Origin: Takakia lepidozioides
Taxonomy: Eukaryota; Plantae; Bryophyta
Assembly: GCA_030704615.1 (NCBI GenBank)
Contig: CM060732.1
Coordinates: 55,180,001-55,244,000 of the forward strand
DNA: 64,000 bases
Direction of reading: 5' to 3'
Each line of letters starts with the position of its first letter. Within the stretch, counting starts at the first letter, position 1. The translations under genes and the position numbers were made by a program. The notes below the pieces were generated by a model, which made no database searches, had not been told where the DNA came from, and saw only the letters and a program-made list of their open reading frames with translations. This document shows, piece after piece, positions 1 through 13,360 of the stretch.

Positions 1-359
1 GAAAGCCTCGCATGGGAAGTCGGCTGAGTTCAGGAAGAATGCTTCTTGTGTGAGGCCCAGCTGTACTATGGGCAACTGACAGTCATTTGCAAAATAGGGG
101 TTCCTTGTCTTGAGGCATTCAAGCAGTGCAGTCTCCCAGTCCCAGTGATGTTTTGATATTGGGCACCTTGCTTTGTCTGGTCGGCATTTTTTGGTTGGAT
201 CTTTGGCCTGCTTAATTTCCATTGGAATCCAAGACTGTGATTGAAACGTAACCTTGCCTACGGTTGGAGAGCTCTCCACTTCCTGCAATATTTTCCTCTT
301 ACCATCATGTAAGCTTGTTTTTCTTTTGTTGTAGGCCGTTGGACCAGACAGCAGGCCTG

Positions 360-1000
360 TAATGTGTAAAGCATATGAACTTTTCAGGGATGGAGGCCCA
401 GGTACCAAACAGGTTGGCAAAAAAGAAAACCATGGTCTGCATGTAGTCAGTTTGGAGACATGAGATCTGTGTTCTATCAAGATGTTGGTTGGCACCATTT
501 TGAGCACACTGGTCAGATCATCATGGCCTGTCTGGAGGGGAGCATTACTTTCAAGCTAAAAGTTAAACATTTTTGGGAGAAGCCTTGGAGCACTAATTCT
601 CGGAGGAAGTCCTTGCCTGTCACATCAATTGTCGTCCTCATATGGCTGAGTACTTAATCTCTGACACTGTTGTTGTTGACAGCTTCTGGCTGTTGGAAAT
701 GCCAATGGCATGATTAGTTTTACGCACATCTGTATGCAGGCTTGTTCCATGAATCTCAGGTGGCAATCAGTCCTTTCTCCGCTTCTACATTCACCATCAC
801 ATATTGACTTACAGTTTATTGTCGACAGGATTTGTTTTTTGACCACTAGTGATAAAACATAACACAACCCACAATTTTAGGGCAGTTTACCACCAGTGTC
901 AGCTGGCTGGGTGGCAAAGTTGCAGAAAAAATTGTTCATCTACCTGCTCTGATTAGTGTGCAGCTTTGGATGCAACACTCCAAATGGGTGATGTTCACAA
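360..1000 (+). pseudogene. Possible heavily degraded KDZ/Zisupton-like transposase relic
   Basis: Frameshifted, collinear peptide pieces TGQIIMACLEG..., AEYLISDT, FIVDRICF and VAEK/LFIYL loosely match the KDZ-type motif order CxxG ... xxxD ... VDRFH ... AEQLF. No intact ORF and no termini found. Confidence 0.3.
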
Positions 1001-4000
1001 GAAATTGATGAAAGTATTGCTGGGTTTGTTCTTACTTTTGCATTGCTGCTGAGTATGGACTGACACTGCAACTGCCAAGGAGGCCATGACTGCAGCCGTT
1101 TCCAGCCCTTACAGATCTAGGTGAGTCTCTTTCGCTCTCTCGTTTTCTTTTCGCCATGAGTACATCTAGGAGCTGTTAAATTGAATGAGGTGTTTGCTGT
1201 AGTTCGCGTACCTGTTATAGATCAAGTTTGAGAGATTGTAAGACAAGCATGGTAAGAGAGACAAAGGGTTTGTATACGGATTCATGTGTGACTGCCTGTT
1301 TATGATGTGGACAGGTCTGGTGACTACATGGCCATTCTTGCCAAGGTCCACTCTGCATGACGTGGTTGGCCAGTTGAAGAGCCGCTCAGCGCTATTTTGT
1401 GATCCATACCAGTGTTTGAATCTTCCACTGAATTTTATAGAGGTTGCAATGCTGGCCTGTCAGCGTCTTCTACCCAACAATGCTTTGGAAGGTCCCACAG
1501 TGTTACCTGCTCAATGAGCTGCTTAGACAGTTAGAATGGATGGATGAACCTGGAGATTATTGTAGGCCCAGTTGATTCCCAACCAACCCCATGAGTTGGG
1601 AGTTTGGCATGTATGGAGTCTGATATAAGGATTTGTCTATGGCACGCCGAAAGCAAGAGAAGAACACAACTGCAGGTTAGCCTGGCACCTGACTGGTCCT
1701 TGGAAAGTGGTGCCCCATGATAGCCCTTGAGAAGATGGCAATAGGAATTGAGCTTGTCAATGAAATTTGGCCCTTCCATCACCCACAGTATGCAACTAAA
1801 AGTTAGCCTTCCCGTCATAGGGATGTGGAGAAGGGTTGTGGAAACAATGTCTGTATATTTCTTGATTCCCACATGCAACCCTTCAACTAACTGTTCATTG
1901 ATTCAACTTCTAGTGTGCCAGCCACAGAAAGTGGCGGTTACAACCCAGTCAAAGATCCAATTCTTTCAGTCTGTCCATAGTCACATTTGTGTAGGTGAAT
2001 GAGTTGACATGAGCAATCACTCTCAGATATATAACGTGACCACTGCAATTCTGTGATACTGTGGATGAATCTCCATTTAGCAGATTATTTGACTTTATAC
2101 TACTTGGTAGAGAGAATTCTATACTTGTGAGGAACTGACAAAGAGAATGATTGATTTGACGTTTTAGTGGGCAAGTTTGTACTTTGCATGATAGAAGGGT
2201 GCATGTCTGTGAGTGGAGAAGGCTAACAAAGAGATGAAAGGGTGCAGACAGGGAAGGAGCAAAGGAGGGGCTGGGTGCACTAGATGCCTTTCTCATTGGT
2301 ATGAGGGAGGACAAGTGCACAAGATGTAGGTTTGGTTTCAGGTGTAAGGGAGTGGTGAAGGTTGAGAAGGAGTAGAGTGCTTTGAGGGGGTGGAGGTGCA
2401 AGGGATTGAAAAAGAAAAAAACCACTACTCTAGACTTAGCCTGAATGTTTCAGGCATGCGTTATATTGAAATAAAAGATTATAAAGTCTGTATAGTGGGT
2501 CATATACAATGCGACACAACTTAGAATGTGACCCATAAAAGGTAGCGGGCCAAAGAGGTCAACAAAGTGAGAGAACAAGACCTGTGAAAGCAGTGTTCTT
2601 TACAAGCTGGTTGTGTGCAGTTAGCACCATGGAATTCGAGGGCACAACTCCACACTCTTCATCGATCCATCACATCAGCCCAGCCAGTCTTTCCAGCTCA
2701 CTCATTCTTATTAATACAAGACTTCCATTGTGAGCTGCAATTACGCTGCAAGCTTGCTAAGTTTGAAATGCTTCGGCTGGTACCTTTTGGCAATAACATC
2801 ACTCTTCCATGAGCCTGCAACTTGGGAGATTCTGACCAAACAATCTGGTAGCCCTGGCTTACCAATGATATGGTCAATCAGCTTGAGGGGGCCAGCGGTG
2901 TATTCTAAAAGCTTTCAAAAAATATATTCAAGATAGCCAGCAACATATGACCTCTACACATTCAAGTAAAAGAATTGGAAGTGAACTCCGAAGTATATAC
3001 TGGAATGAGTTTCTAGACTACAATGCCCTTATTTGGAGGTCTGGGGGAACAGTCAATAGCACATTCTTCATTTTTCGATTGTCATGCTTCTCGGTCCCAT
3101 ATCAGTGCTCAGCTGGATTGGTTGAATTCTGGTTGGTAGGCTAGCCATGTCAAAAGTGATATGCAACTCCAGAGTTCGTAGATAATGAGCAAACAGGCTT
3201 GAGGACAGGGCTAAGGATATGAGTTCCACCTCTGGAATTTCAGTGCCCTTGGGAATCTCGGCCTCCTTGTCTTCGCCCTCTTCACCTTCCTCTCCTTCTG
3301 CCACTTCCTCATCTTCTAACCTACATAAATTGTAAACCATGTAGTGTATGTACTCAAAGAATAATTACACAATGGTGGTGAAGTCAGGCTGGATACAATC
3401 ACTCCGGACCTAAGGCTGCAGTAAATATGAGGATTGCACAATTCATTGTATACTAGTCACACGTGTGGACTATTATTCATGAACAACATATATGCAGGTG
3501 CCCACTATGTAGTAATGCATGAGGTGGAATATGCATCAAACTATGCTTTCTTCTGCAGTTTTCAGGTGTTATATGACATGAATCATAACTTTTTGACCTT
3601 TGCTTCTTCCTCTTCACCAGGGGTCAATTCATATGATTCATCATCTTCAGTAAATGCTTCTGTCGTGTCTTCCTGATCTGTTACTGGATCTGTTGTTTCT
3701 TCCTCGGTAGGGGTGCCCTCTTTTTCATCAGTGGGTGATGAAGCTGAAGGACCTCCCATCACTGCAGGTTCCACCTCTGCAACAAAAGGAGAGAACAAAC
3801 AGTGTACATGTCACAATGAAAATCACTTAGGGATTACTCTGATGCACTGTAGAAAAGAGGTTTTAAGACAAGATCTGATGTGAAAGTTCTACCTGTAGCT
3901 TCTATAGATGTTTGAACAAGTCTCAAGAAAAGCCCAAAACTAAGTTGAACTTCTTCAAGATTGGAGAGATAGAAGAGATAGAACGAATATAATGTCCAGG

Positions 4001-4119
4001 AACTTGCAGGCTTGTAAGAACCAGCCGAAATGGAAGGTGAAGTAATAAAGAGACATTAAAAAACGAAGTCTTCAAGGAAATAAACGACACTTTGCAGACC
4101 TGTGGAAAGATAAGAAATG

Positions 4120-4265
4120 ATATTTATACTGTCCACAGAAAGCTCAAAGAGCTTATGGGACAAGAGAAAGCATGGAACAAGAAAGAGAGATGAGCCCTTC
4201 ACAAGCAGCCCTAAAACAACTAGTTATTGCTCAAGGGATATTTGCCTCATGCATATATGCTGAAA
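4120..4265 (-). mobile_element. 3' end relic of the LINE family seen at 43877-44600
   Basis: agctcaaagagcttatgggaca...caagcagccctaaaacaacta at 4141 resembles 43289-43420 and the 3' UTR at 43920-43945. Confidence 0.5.
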
Positions 4266-5599
4266 GAAAGAAACTTCATACATCCACAGCAGGCCATCAT
4301 GCAGAAAAGTTTTTTAGGTTGGGGTTTTGGGATGACGATTTGCAACAATAAGTACTCTCATCAAAAGCAGACGGCTGTGGCGGCTCTGGGATAACAAAGA
4401 AGACATTGCTGGTGTCGCCTGTGAAGGGTCCTTTGCACTGTTTGCACAATTTATACCTCTCCTCTGTCATTGGTGCCTGCAGATCCAGCCACTTCACTCC
4501 ATCTTGGCTGCAATAATACACAGCCTACATCAGCAATAATTGGAGGATGTATTCTTACTTCCTTTGTTGCTCATGAGGGCCAAGGTTTGTCACATCCTGG
4601 CAAGCTCTGAATATAGGCTGTAGATTTCACTTAAGAAATATTTAGTGCCAATCGGGAGTTCATATTTCGTAGCCTGGGAACGCCCAGCAGAGGAGCCTGC
4701 CTTATGCATCAGAATATACAACAAGCCGTGTTGTACACACAATTCAGTATTTCAAATTGAATGGAAATTGAAATCCAAACTGCATCAACGCTTAACAACC
4801 GTATCGATCGGGGATTGTTGAATCTAATGGTTTATACTGTGGCTACAGACATCTGTGGATACTGGTTGAGGCTCAAGGTGGCATGCCTCAACGTCTGCCA
4901 TACTCATTGACAGTGAAAAGATACCATTCAAAAACTTTCATAGTATTAGGACCTGGATGACCCAGCCCCGGACCCAACACCGTCATGTGCACACGAATTC
5001 ATATAGAAGAGGTTTAGACATTACCTTCCCATCTCCTTGCAAAATTAGTTCATGAAGATTACATGTTACCTCAAACACCTCATGAATAGGCGTGTTGAGT
5101 ATCATTTGGGATATAAGGTACTAAGGTTATTCCATGCAAATGAATGCAGAGTCCCTGCTGAAGGCAGGGCCAACTAACTACCAAGACTATTTAGGTGGCC
5201 AGAGAAGTAGGCCCCGGACACGGAGGTAAGTATGTGGGTTGACAAGTATCCACAGTCTGAAGTCTGCACTACCGTGGGGCTGAGCAAGGGCCAGAAGGGG
5301 ATTGGTATCCTATGAGCAGCGTGAGCAGAAAAGGTGTGAGTACAGTGTGAGCAGGAAAAAAAATCTGCATGAGCACAATCCGCAAACGGAAATACAAATC
5401 ATAGGCGGACATAGGGTACCGACTGCCGACCGCCACCATTTTGTATTTTTCTTAACTCAGCAGATCCTCCCGTGACCGGAAAATTAAATCAGCTCATCAC
5501 AGACTCAGTTAAGGACCCAAGGACCCATCATGCATGCACAACTCAGATTTCTTTTTGTGGATTGGAGTTGACGCAGCCGCTTGGATACTGTCATTTGGA

Positions 5600-6035
5600 A
5601 GCGATCCTTCAGGATTTGGAAAGGTAAGTGTCATGATCAGGCATCGCATACAGAAATAGTCGAGGCTGGGAAGATTGCACCTTGCACTTGATCACGACAG
5701 GATGTGAGCAGTTCGGGCAAGTGCGGAAACAGTTCATGAAAGGACCAAGAATGTGCGTAGTGCGTTTAGTTCTGGGAATCCTTACCAGTTACCTGCTGGT
5801 CAAGCTTAAATGTCGATACTCTACACGTCTCGAGGTCCACATATGTACCTTGAATGTCTAAATGGTTCAGGAATCGCACGGCGCATGAGTCGAAGGAAGA
5901 GGATAGAAAGTTGATCAGGAAATTTTACATTCTCTGTAATCGATCGTGGTTAGAACGGGTCAACTGTGATTGACGACGAGCAATGGCCACTTGGCAATGC
6001 AAAAGCTCAACAACATGGTCCACTCCACTATCTAC
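5600..6035 (-). pseudogene. FANCL: Deleted, degraded duplicate of the 3' part of the FANCL locus
   Basis: Three collinear blocks match about 48440-48507, 49069-49209 (last RING exon plus intron) and 50268-50475 (GHCSLSITVDP exon plus introns). Confidence 0.8.
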
Positions 6036-8007
6036 CAATTGTATTAAGTACCTACTCTGGAACTTGGCAAGAATACATTGTGGTGTCTGCGCAGAACGTC
6101 TACCTCGTTCCCGACTCCGTCTCTAATGAGGTTGCATCGCAATTCTTCGTCAACCCCTGGACAGGTTTGTCTCTCTGTGTCCCAGGTAGGGGTGCAATTC
6201 TCTCTGCGGAAAATTTGCCGCCATTGCACCTTCGTTTCTGGTGCTGGAGTCTGGACAGATCGTGTCCAGTGCAGACTTGAAATGCAGGATAGTTAGTGAA
6301 GAGCTCTCCTGCACTCAAAAGTCTGTTTGCTCGAATGCTTGGTGCAAGCGTTAAATTCCCGCACTATCCTTCTCTGAAACTGTAGAACCTTACCGGAGTT
6401 ATGGCGCGCGTATACGTTCTTCTCAAAACAAAAGGAGCCTTTGTACATCATTCAGAGGCATTGCAGTTCACAAATATTGGAATCGATATCAATCTCCAAA
6501 GACCAACTTGTCTGCCATCCGCCACTGGGGTTTGGGTGGTTATAATTAATGTTCTCAATCAAATTCACCTTTATGTTAACATCTGTCTGTCGCAGGGGTT
6601 ATATATTGGCTATTTATAGAGATGTGGTAGATGTACAGACAGTAGTTCCCCCAGTCTGGAGGATTTATTTGAACCAATACTTACTATGCTTCCTACTGGT
6701 AAGAGTTATGGTGTGGAAGTATTCAGTTTGTAAATGTCGGGATTGGAGGCAGCCTACGCAATGGTGGAAGAGTTCAACGTGCTGGCCAAAGGGCAAGTAC
6801 CTGTTGCAGTCAGCTGCAGGATCAATGGTTGGACGCATGGTTATTCAACTGTCACGCCACAAAGGAGTTAAGGTAAGCTTTATTCCTTACTGATTCTATG
6901 TGATCTGGTTGAAATTACTGGCCTGCAGTCAGCACTTTCAATGCAAATTGCACACTTGGCGGAGTTCTCTCTACTTCTCCCCTAATACATTCTCGTAACC
7001 AAGCTTCTGTTACAGAAGGCTGAAATCTGTATTTTGTTTGGGTGGATCGTAGACTATAAATCTGGTACGCCGCAGTGACCAGATAGAAGAACTTAAAGCC
7101 ATTGGAGCAGATGAGGTGATCAACTACCGTAAGGAAAATGTTAAGGAGCGTGTGAAGGAAATAACAGGAGGTGACTTGGCCTATGCGGGCCTTGATTGCG
7201 TGGGTGCTGATGTCACCAAGGTCACTCCCTTCCTCACTGTTCTCAGTTTTCATTTTTCCTCAGGTGTACCCTGTGGTGCTCTCTATATTTGTCTGATTAT
7301 CTCCCTGTCCTCTAGGAAGCCTATTGACATTGGGTGGACTTGAAACGGGAGTACATTAATGTCTCTGTGACTAAATGCCGGCCTTGTGACCTCGTGTCCT
7401 TGTTTGTTTCGACCTGAAGCGCTTTGCTTCAGGTAAGGTAGTGCATTGGATTTAGTTGGAAAGCTTGGGGCCTTTCCCTCTTTAGAATATGCCTACACGG
7501 GCCATTCCCTGCAACTCCCTGGAGTGTGATCTCTGAATGGTAACAAGCGGACTCCTACCGCTTGGGGGCAGCCCCTCCGCCCAAATTGGGCAGTCGTATG
7601 CTCTGTCTAGCATACTCGGCACTTGGGCTCGGGTTGGTTCCTGTGCTTAAACTTATGGCCTGCGAAAACAATCAAAAATTTAGCTCCTATCAACATCAAC
7701 ACTCCTCAGGGTGATCCCTTGGAATTGGTTACTTACCAAATCTAGGGCTTCATGTGTAGTTTTTGGGGTGAATCCCAGGATGGACGATGTGTCCTTTAAA
7801 ACTACATGCTCTAGCTTAGGCTTGGATTTCATGGCTAATCTCAAAGAAGTTTGTCCCTTGACTGGCTGGACAGCGGTCTTAGACATTGGTGATTCAATGG
7901 GGCGCTCTAGGAAGACAACCAAGGGCAACAACTTCAACTTGAGAGTTTCTAATCGGTTTGATGCTCTGGATGAGGTTGAATCCAAACAGCCAGAAAGACA
8001 AGATGCC

Positions 8008-8350
8008 CCTAAGTGTACGGAACCTGAACGTCCTGAATCTGAAGGATTTGGTACTCTGAATGGTTTACCAATCCTCAAGGTTTACACAAGACGAACAAAT
8101 TCTATACACGGGGTAATTGTCCCCAAGCCGTCAGATGGACAATCTGTCCCTAAGTGTGCAAAGCGTGAACGTCGTGTAACTGAAGGATTTGGTACTCTAA
8201 ATGGTTTACCAATCCTCAAAGTCTACACAAGACGAGCAAAATCTATACACGGGGTAATTGTCCCCAAGCAGTCTGACGGACAATCTGCCCCTATGTGTGC
8301 GGAGCCTGTGCGTCGTGTAACTGAAAGATTTGGTACCCTGAATGGTTACC
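8008..8350 (+). repeat. 141-bp (47-aa) coding tandem repeat, about 2.4 copies, in the LINE 5' ORF
   Basis: Units start at 8008, 8149 and 8290 (PKC..ER...EGFGTLNGLPILKVYTRR..SIHGVIVPK.SDGQS). Confidence 0.95.
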
Positions 8351-8384
8351 TAGACGACAAACAATTCACACGCAAAGGGCTGGC

Positions 8385-9150
8385 TTGCAGCTGGCCACTT
8401 TCAACTTCTCAGGGTTGACCAACCAAAGGAAGCAACTTGAAGTGGGACAAGTTCTTCGGACTAATGATATTCATATCTGTGTTGGGCAAGAAACATGGGA
8501 AACGTCGGATAAACTGGTTGGAGATGTCATTGGTTATAAATGGGCAGGTAAGATGTGTACTCTCAAGGCAGCCTCTGCCAAACGCGGTCAAAAAGGGGTC
8601 GGATTCTTTGTCCGTGATTTCTTGTTTGACAATTGTGAAATTATCAACAAGGGTTTGAGGTACGAGCATAGTATCTGGCTAAAACTGAATTTGAAGGGCG
8701 GCATGAGTACAAAGGACCTCTTTGTTGGTTGTGTTTACATGCCCACAGAGGGGACCCTTAGTGCTGACGCAGACAAGGCCTTCGAAGATGTAAAGCTGGA
8801 CTGTGCTTTGTTCCTTGCCAAAGGTCAAGTGGTACTATTGGGGGACTTCAATGCCCGGGTGGGCAAAGGGATCCATCAGGACGATATCATGGACCTTTTG
8901 GTGAGGACGAGCTGAATTCTAATGGCAGACGGTTAATTAACTGTCTAGAAGAGCTTCAGCTTTTGACCTTGAATAACAGGACAAGTGGTGACCAAGTGCA
9001 GTGGACTCGTGAGAAATCCCAAACTGGGGGAACGTTCCATTGTGGACTATATCATAATGGACAAAATTTTGTTCCCCCAGTGTGCCAATGTGTTGATCGA
9101 CAGAACTGATATTGGTACCTCTGACCACTTCCTGGTTTGGACTGAGATCA
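8385..9150 (+). pseudogene. LINE apurinic-like endonuclease domain (frameshifted)
   Basis: TFNFSGL, QETW, VYMP, GDFNARVG, SIVDYI and SDHFLV motifs. Confidence 0.9.
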
Positions 9151-9231
9151 AAAGGTGTTTTCCCACCACCAAGAGATCTGTGAAACGTTCGATTCCACAA
9201 TGAGGAGGTCAAGGCTGAGTACGTCCAGGCC

Positions 9232-11942
9232 TTGCAAGAGGCTCTCCCTCATTTTGTCCAATCGCTCCAAGAACTTCAGTCACGCTCTGTTAACGCAAGA
9301 AATGAAGTCGAAAGAGCAGTGGACTCTTGGGAGAGTTTCATTTCCTCCGTGGCTGACAAGATCATTGGGAGGAAACTAATTGTCTGCGGTAGAGCAGTTA
9401 ATTGGTGGACTAATGAGATTAAACTCAAGATAGCTGAGAGACGAGCCCTCTATAAAGAGTGCTGCAATTTGGAAACCAACAGAGAATTGCGGGCGAGGTA
9501 CTACCAGCTCCGTAAAGATATCAATCAGCTTGTTAGGTCTCAGAAGAAATTATACTGGGACAAGTTATACAATGAAATAAACTCAAACCACCATGGTGGT
9601 AATGACAAAAAATGCTGGTTGGCCCTTCAACGTTTGTACAAGCCGAAAAACGGTCAGCAAGTACAAGCGCTGAAGACTACTAAAGGTGCAGTGGTGACTT
9701 CATCGGTTGACATTGTCAAAACCTTTGAAACTCACTACAGTATCCTTGGCAGAACTTCTAGGTCTAACAGTGAGGAGTCTTTTGCTGAATGGAGGGACAC
9801 AGTTGGAAAAACTGTTCCTATGATTCAAAACAGCCCTGATGAACTGGAGTATATTTCAATGGCTTATAATGCTCCCATTAGTTCTTCTGAGATTGTGGAA
9901 GCAATTGAACATTTAAATGGATATAAAGCTGGTGGACCTGATGGTATTGTCAACGAGCTTATCAAGCACGGTGGCGATCCCATGATAGAGGCCCTAGTTC
10001 TCCTCTTTAACCTTATCTGGAAGACTGAAATGATTTCCTTTCGCTGGCGACAGGGGGTCATTGTCAATCTATACAAGAAGGGTGACAGAGAAGAACCGGG
10101 GAACTACCGTGGCATCACGCTCCTCAATGTTGTTGGCAAGACATTCTGCAGAGTTATAAGTACTCGTCTCGAGGTTGATCTGGAGTCTAGAGGTTGTTTC
10201 CACGAAGGCCAAGCTGGCTTTCGGCGAAACAGGGGCTGTGTGGATCATATCTTCACTCTAAGCCAGATTATCCAGGGAAGGAAAAAAGAAGGGAAACCCA
10301 CTTATGTCTTTTTCCTGGATATCAAAAAGGCTTATGACACTGGCCTATGGTTCCGCCTCTGGTCTTGTGGGATCAAGGGAAAGATGTGGAGAGTTGTCCA
10401 CAACTTGTATGCTCACACCAAAAGCTGTGTCACTGTTAACGGACAGAAGTCCAACTTCTTTGACATAGACCAAGGTGTAGCTCAAGGATGTACTCTCTCC
10501 CCTCTGCTCTTCAATGTTTTCATCAATCAACTCCTCGAGGATGTGGAAAGTGAGGGATTTGGGTTAAGGGTGGGTGATACCACCATACCAGCCCTTATGT
10601 TTGCGGATGACTTCGCAGGCATAGGGAGACTCCAACCAATCTCCAGGAGTTGATTGATTGCGCGAAGAGATACTTTGATCTTTGGGGGCTAGAGGCTAAT
10701 GTCAGCAAATGTGCAGTGGTAGCATTCAACGACAGAGGAGAGGGAGGAAGTAATCTTAAGTGGCAGTGGGGTAGCCAAGAGATCCCGGTCCTCCCTTCCT
10801 ACACTTACCTGGGCGTTGAGTTCTCCTCCAATTGTAATTGGGATGCACATATCCGGAAAGTTGTTCAAACTGGCAAGGGCAAAGGTCTGGGGCTCACTAA
10901 ATTTTTCCACTGCAGAGGGGTCAACTCTGAGGTTTAGAAAACCATGCTTTGTCGCGTTATTAGACTTGCCTTGGAGTACGGATCTGCTATATGGGTTGAT
11001 AACTCCAACCAGGCTAAGTCTCTAGAATCCATTCAAGTGGGGGTGCTTAAGGAGTGTATGTCAGCATGCTCCAAAACAACCAATGTGGCTGTTCGGGGTG
11101 AGTTTGGCATTCCGTCCTTAAGCTCCCGACGAGATGGATTCAAGGTCAGATGGTGGGGTCAGCTGCAACATATGCCCAACACCAGATATCCTAAGTTAAT
11201 CGACTCTATATCTTGGAAACAGGACCGCCCTGTCGAACAAGCTAAGTCCTGGCAGAAGAGAGTAGAAGAGATCCTCAAGGACCTGGACCTAGATCCGCAA
11301 GTCTTGACCCTGCCGGATAAATCTGACTTAGAGGCTGTAGTGTCCTCCGCCATGTCTGTTGCCCTGAGATTGTCTGATGAAAATGAAGTTAGGCAGAAAA
11401 CTTCCCTGAACTTGTTTCCAGTCTGTGATATGGGGGAGGACATCTTGGATGACCTCAAGGGTCTACCCACTCTCGGCACTAGACTGAAATTTAAACTTAG
11501 GGCAGGAAGCCTACCTTTGAACAGCAAACAGAAGCAGAGAGGAAAGGGAGAGTGCAATTGCCCGTTGTGTGGGCAATCTGAAGACAGTATTCATTTTCTG
11601 ATACACTGTCCGGGGTTCTCTCACCAAAGAGACGCTCTCTTCAAATCTATTAAGGGAATTGTGCCTGTACCCCTGTTTACCAACTTTGAAAGTCTCGAGG
11701 CTGAGCCAAAAGCCCAGGCCCTCCTGAGGCCTAGATTTTGGGCAAATCACACACAGCAGATTGATGCTTGTGTGAAGGGATTTCTAGAGGATATCTGGAA
11801 AACCCGGATTAATTCTTTATATGGAGGTAAGTCTTACTACCAACGTCAGCCCCTGACAGAGGTAGGTTCTGTCCCTTTTGTTCCCGCTCAAACTGGGCGC
11901 GGGGTCAATGGCCACAAGGCTACGGCAAACAACGTCTTATGA
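9232..11942 (+). pseudogene. LINE reverse transcriptase and C-terminal zinc knuckle (frameshifts and a stop)
   Basis: KAGGPDG, NYRGITLL, QAGFR, FLDIKKAYD, GVAQGCTLSPLLF, FADD, YLGV and CPLC...HFLIHC motifs. Confidence 0.95.
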
Positions 11943-12706
11943 GTATAATATATTTGTCTGATGTTGCTATGGTTTTGTTTTCTCAAATGTAGAAGACATC
12001 GTTGTGTACATACTCACATCTTGTTGTTTTACAAGAGACACAGTCGGGCTGGATCATGAATTGTCCTTTAAGACAATCAGGGATCAAGCCATCTAGACAA
12101 TACATCACGTTTCTCATATTCCCACTGATTGAAATCAGGATGATGTCCTGATGATGTTTACTCACATATAGTGTCTTTTGGGGAAATTGATGCCATGTTC
12201 TCCCTTGTTGGGTTTTTATCCTCCCGATTGGTTCATGGTGGTAGCTCACAAGCCACCTTGCAGAAGAAGCAATCTCATCACATGTTAAAATATTGGTGTC
12301 CAGTGAATTTGTTCAACGACCTCGTTTAAATACGAGTACCAGGGCCGAGGGAAGAGGGGAGAGAAGGAGATACCCAGTGTCTGTGCTGAGTTCTGCATGT
12401 TGGTCATCAGCATGGAGGACTTAAGGGAGTGGTTGGGATGGTGGATGGCTTGGCATTGCAGACAGTTGTTGCTTCCGCAAGGAATGAAGGGACGGTATTT
12501 TCATATGGGCTTCTGGAAGCAGATGAGGCATGCGCTTCCATTCTAGATGTGTTGTTCCGTGAAATTCACGGCCCCCAGAGGTTATTTTTTCCTCTTGTAT
12601 CTTTTCTACATATTAATATATTTAGGGTCTCAGTCTGTGAAGCCATGATTCTGGCGCTATGGGTTTGTTCCCCTTCCTCTACCGGACTTAATCCTATCAG
12701 GGGGGA

Positions 12707-13272
12707 TGTAGTCGATAGATGGGCCTGGCAGAGAAGACGGAATCTCACGAAGAGGACGCAACAGAGTCGAACATCCAGAACGCATTCATCAACACACTCC
12801 AGCACCCCGTTACACCAAGCGCACACTCGCGTAAACCCAAAAGCCATAGAAAGAAGCCAGATCACCCAGATCCATCCTAATCTAATCCTAAACTAGCTAT
12901 TAGAATAAGACAGCACCTAATAAAGTCATAAGCTGTCGCCAGCTCATCCTCATTCGCAAGGTATAAGTTCATCCAGACTTCATCCCAGTTCCGTCCATCC
13001 TTAAATCATCGGGGGCACATCCCTCCTCCGTTCATCCAAGTCGAAAAAGAAGGTGAGAAAGAATCCCAGCTCCACATATGTGAAGCCTGCTGGGGCCACT
13101 AGAAACTGCGAGCTCCAGTGAGCGATGAGCTGAGGAAGAACAAAAACGAAGCCTAGCCAAAACAAACTACACACCCGGCACACAAAGGATGAGAAAACCT
13201 AGGGAAGAAAACCTCACCCTGCAAGCTAGGTGGAGGACAAAACATCCCATAGGAAAAACCCCAAGTGCTACA
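12707..13272 (+). repeat. LTR (566 bp) of a retrotransposon relic
   Basis: TGTAG...CTACA termini, polypurine agggggga immediately 5', PBS-like attggtgcag immediately 3'. A 51-bp piece recurs at 42797-42847. Confidence 0.7.
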
Positions 13273-13360
13273 ATTGGTGCAGAAAATTGTCACGAAAAAC
13301 TACTCTAAGAAGAAGATGTCAGGGTCAGATCACGAGCTGTCCGAGTTGTGGGGGTGAAGA

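Larger units (their letters stand above)
7298..11948 (+). mobile_element. Near full-length non-LTR retrotransposon (LINE, RTE/RTE-X-like) in an MDR intron
   Basis: 14-bp TSD tatatttgtctgat at 7284-7297 and 11949-11962. APE, RT and C-terminal CCHC domains with frameshifts. No poly(A) tail. Confidence 0.95.
6049..12569 (+). pseudogene. Medium-chain dehydrogenase/reductase (quinone oxidoreductase / trans-2-enoyl-CoA reductase-like) pseudogene, 4 internal exons
   Basis: Exons about 6049-6164 (SGTWQEYIVV...SQFFVNPWT), 6753-6872 (AYAMVEE..PKGKYLLQSAAGSMVGRMVIQL, frameshift near 6782-6785), 7053-7220 (TINLVRRSDQIEELKAIGADEVIN...LDCVG) and 12462-about 12569 (TVVASARNEGTVFSYGLL). GT-AG boundaries. 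The 5' and 3' exons are missing. Confidence 0.8.

Noticed and set aside
3068-4521. Acidic and Cys-containing short minus-strand ORFs
   Set aside because: They look exon-like but cannot be assigned to a family or assembled into a gene model.
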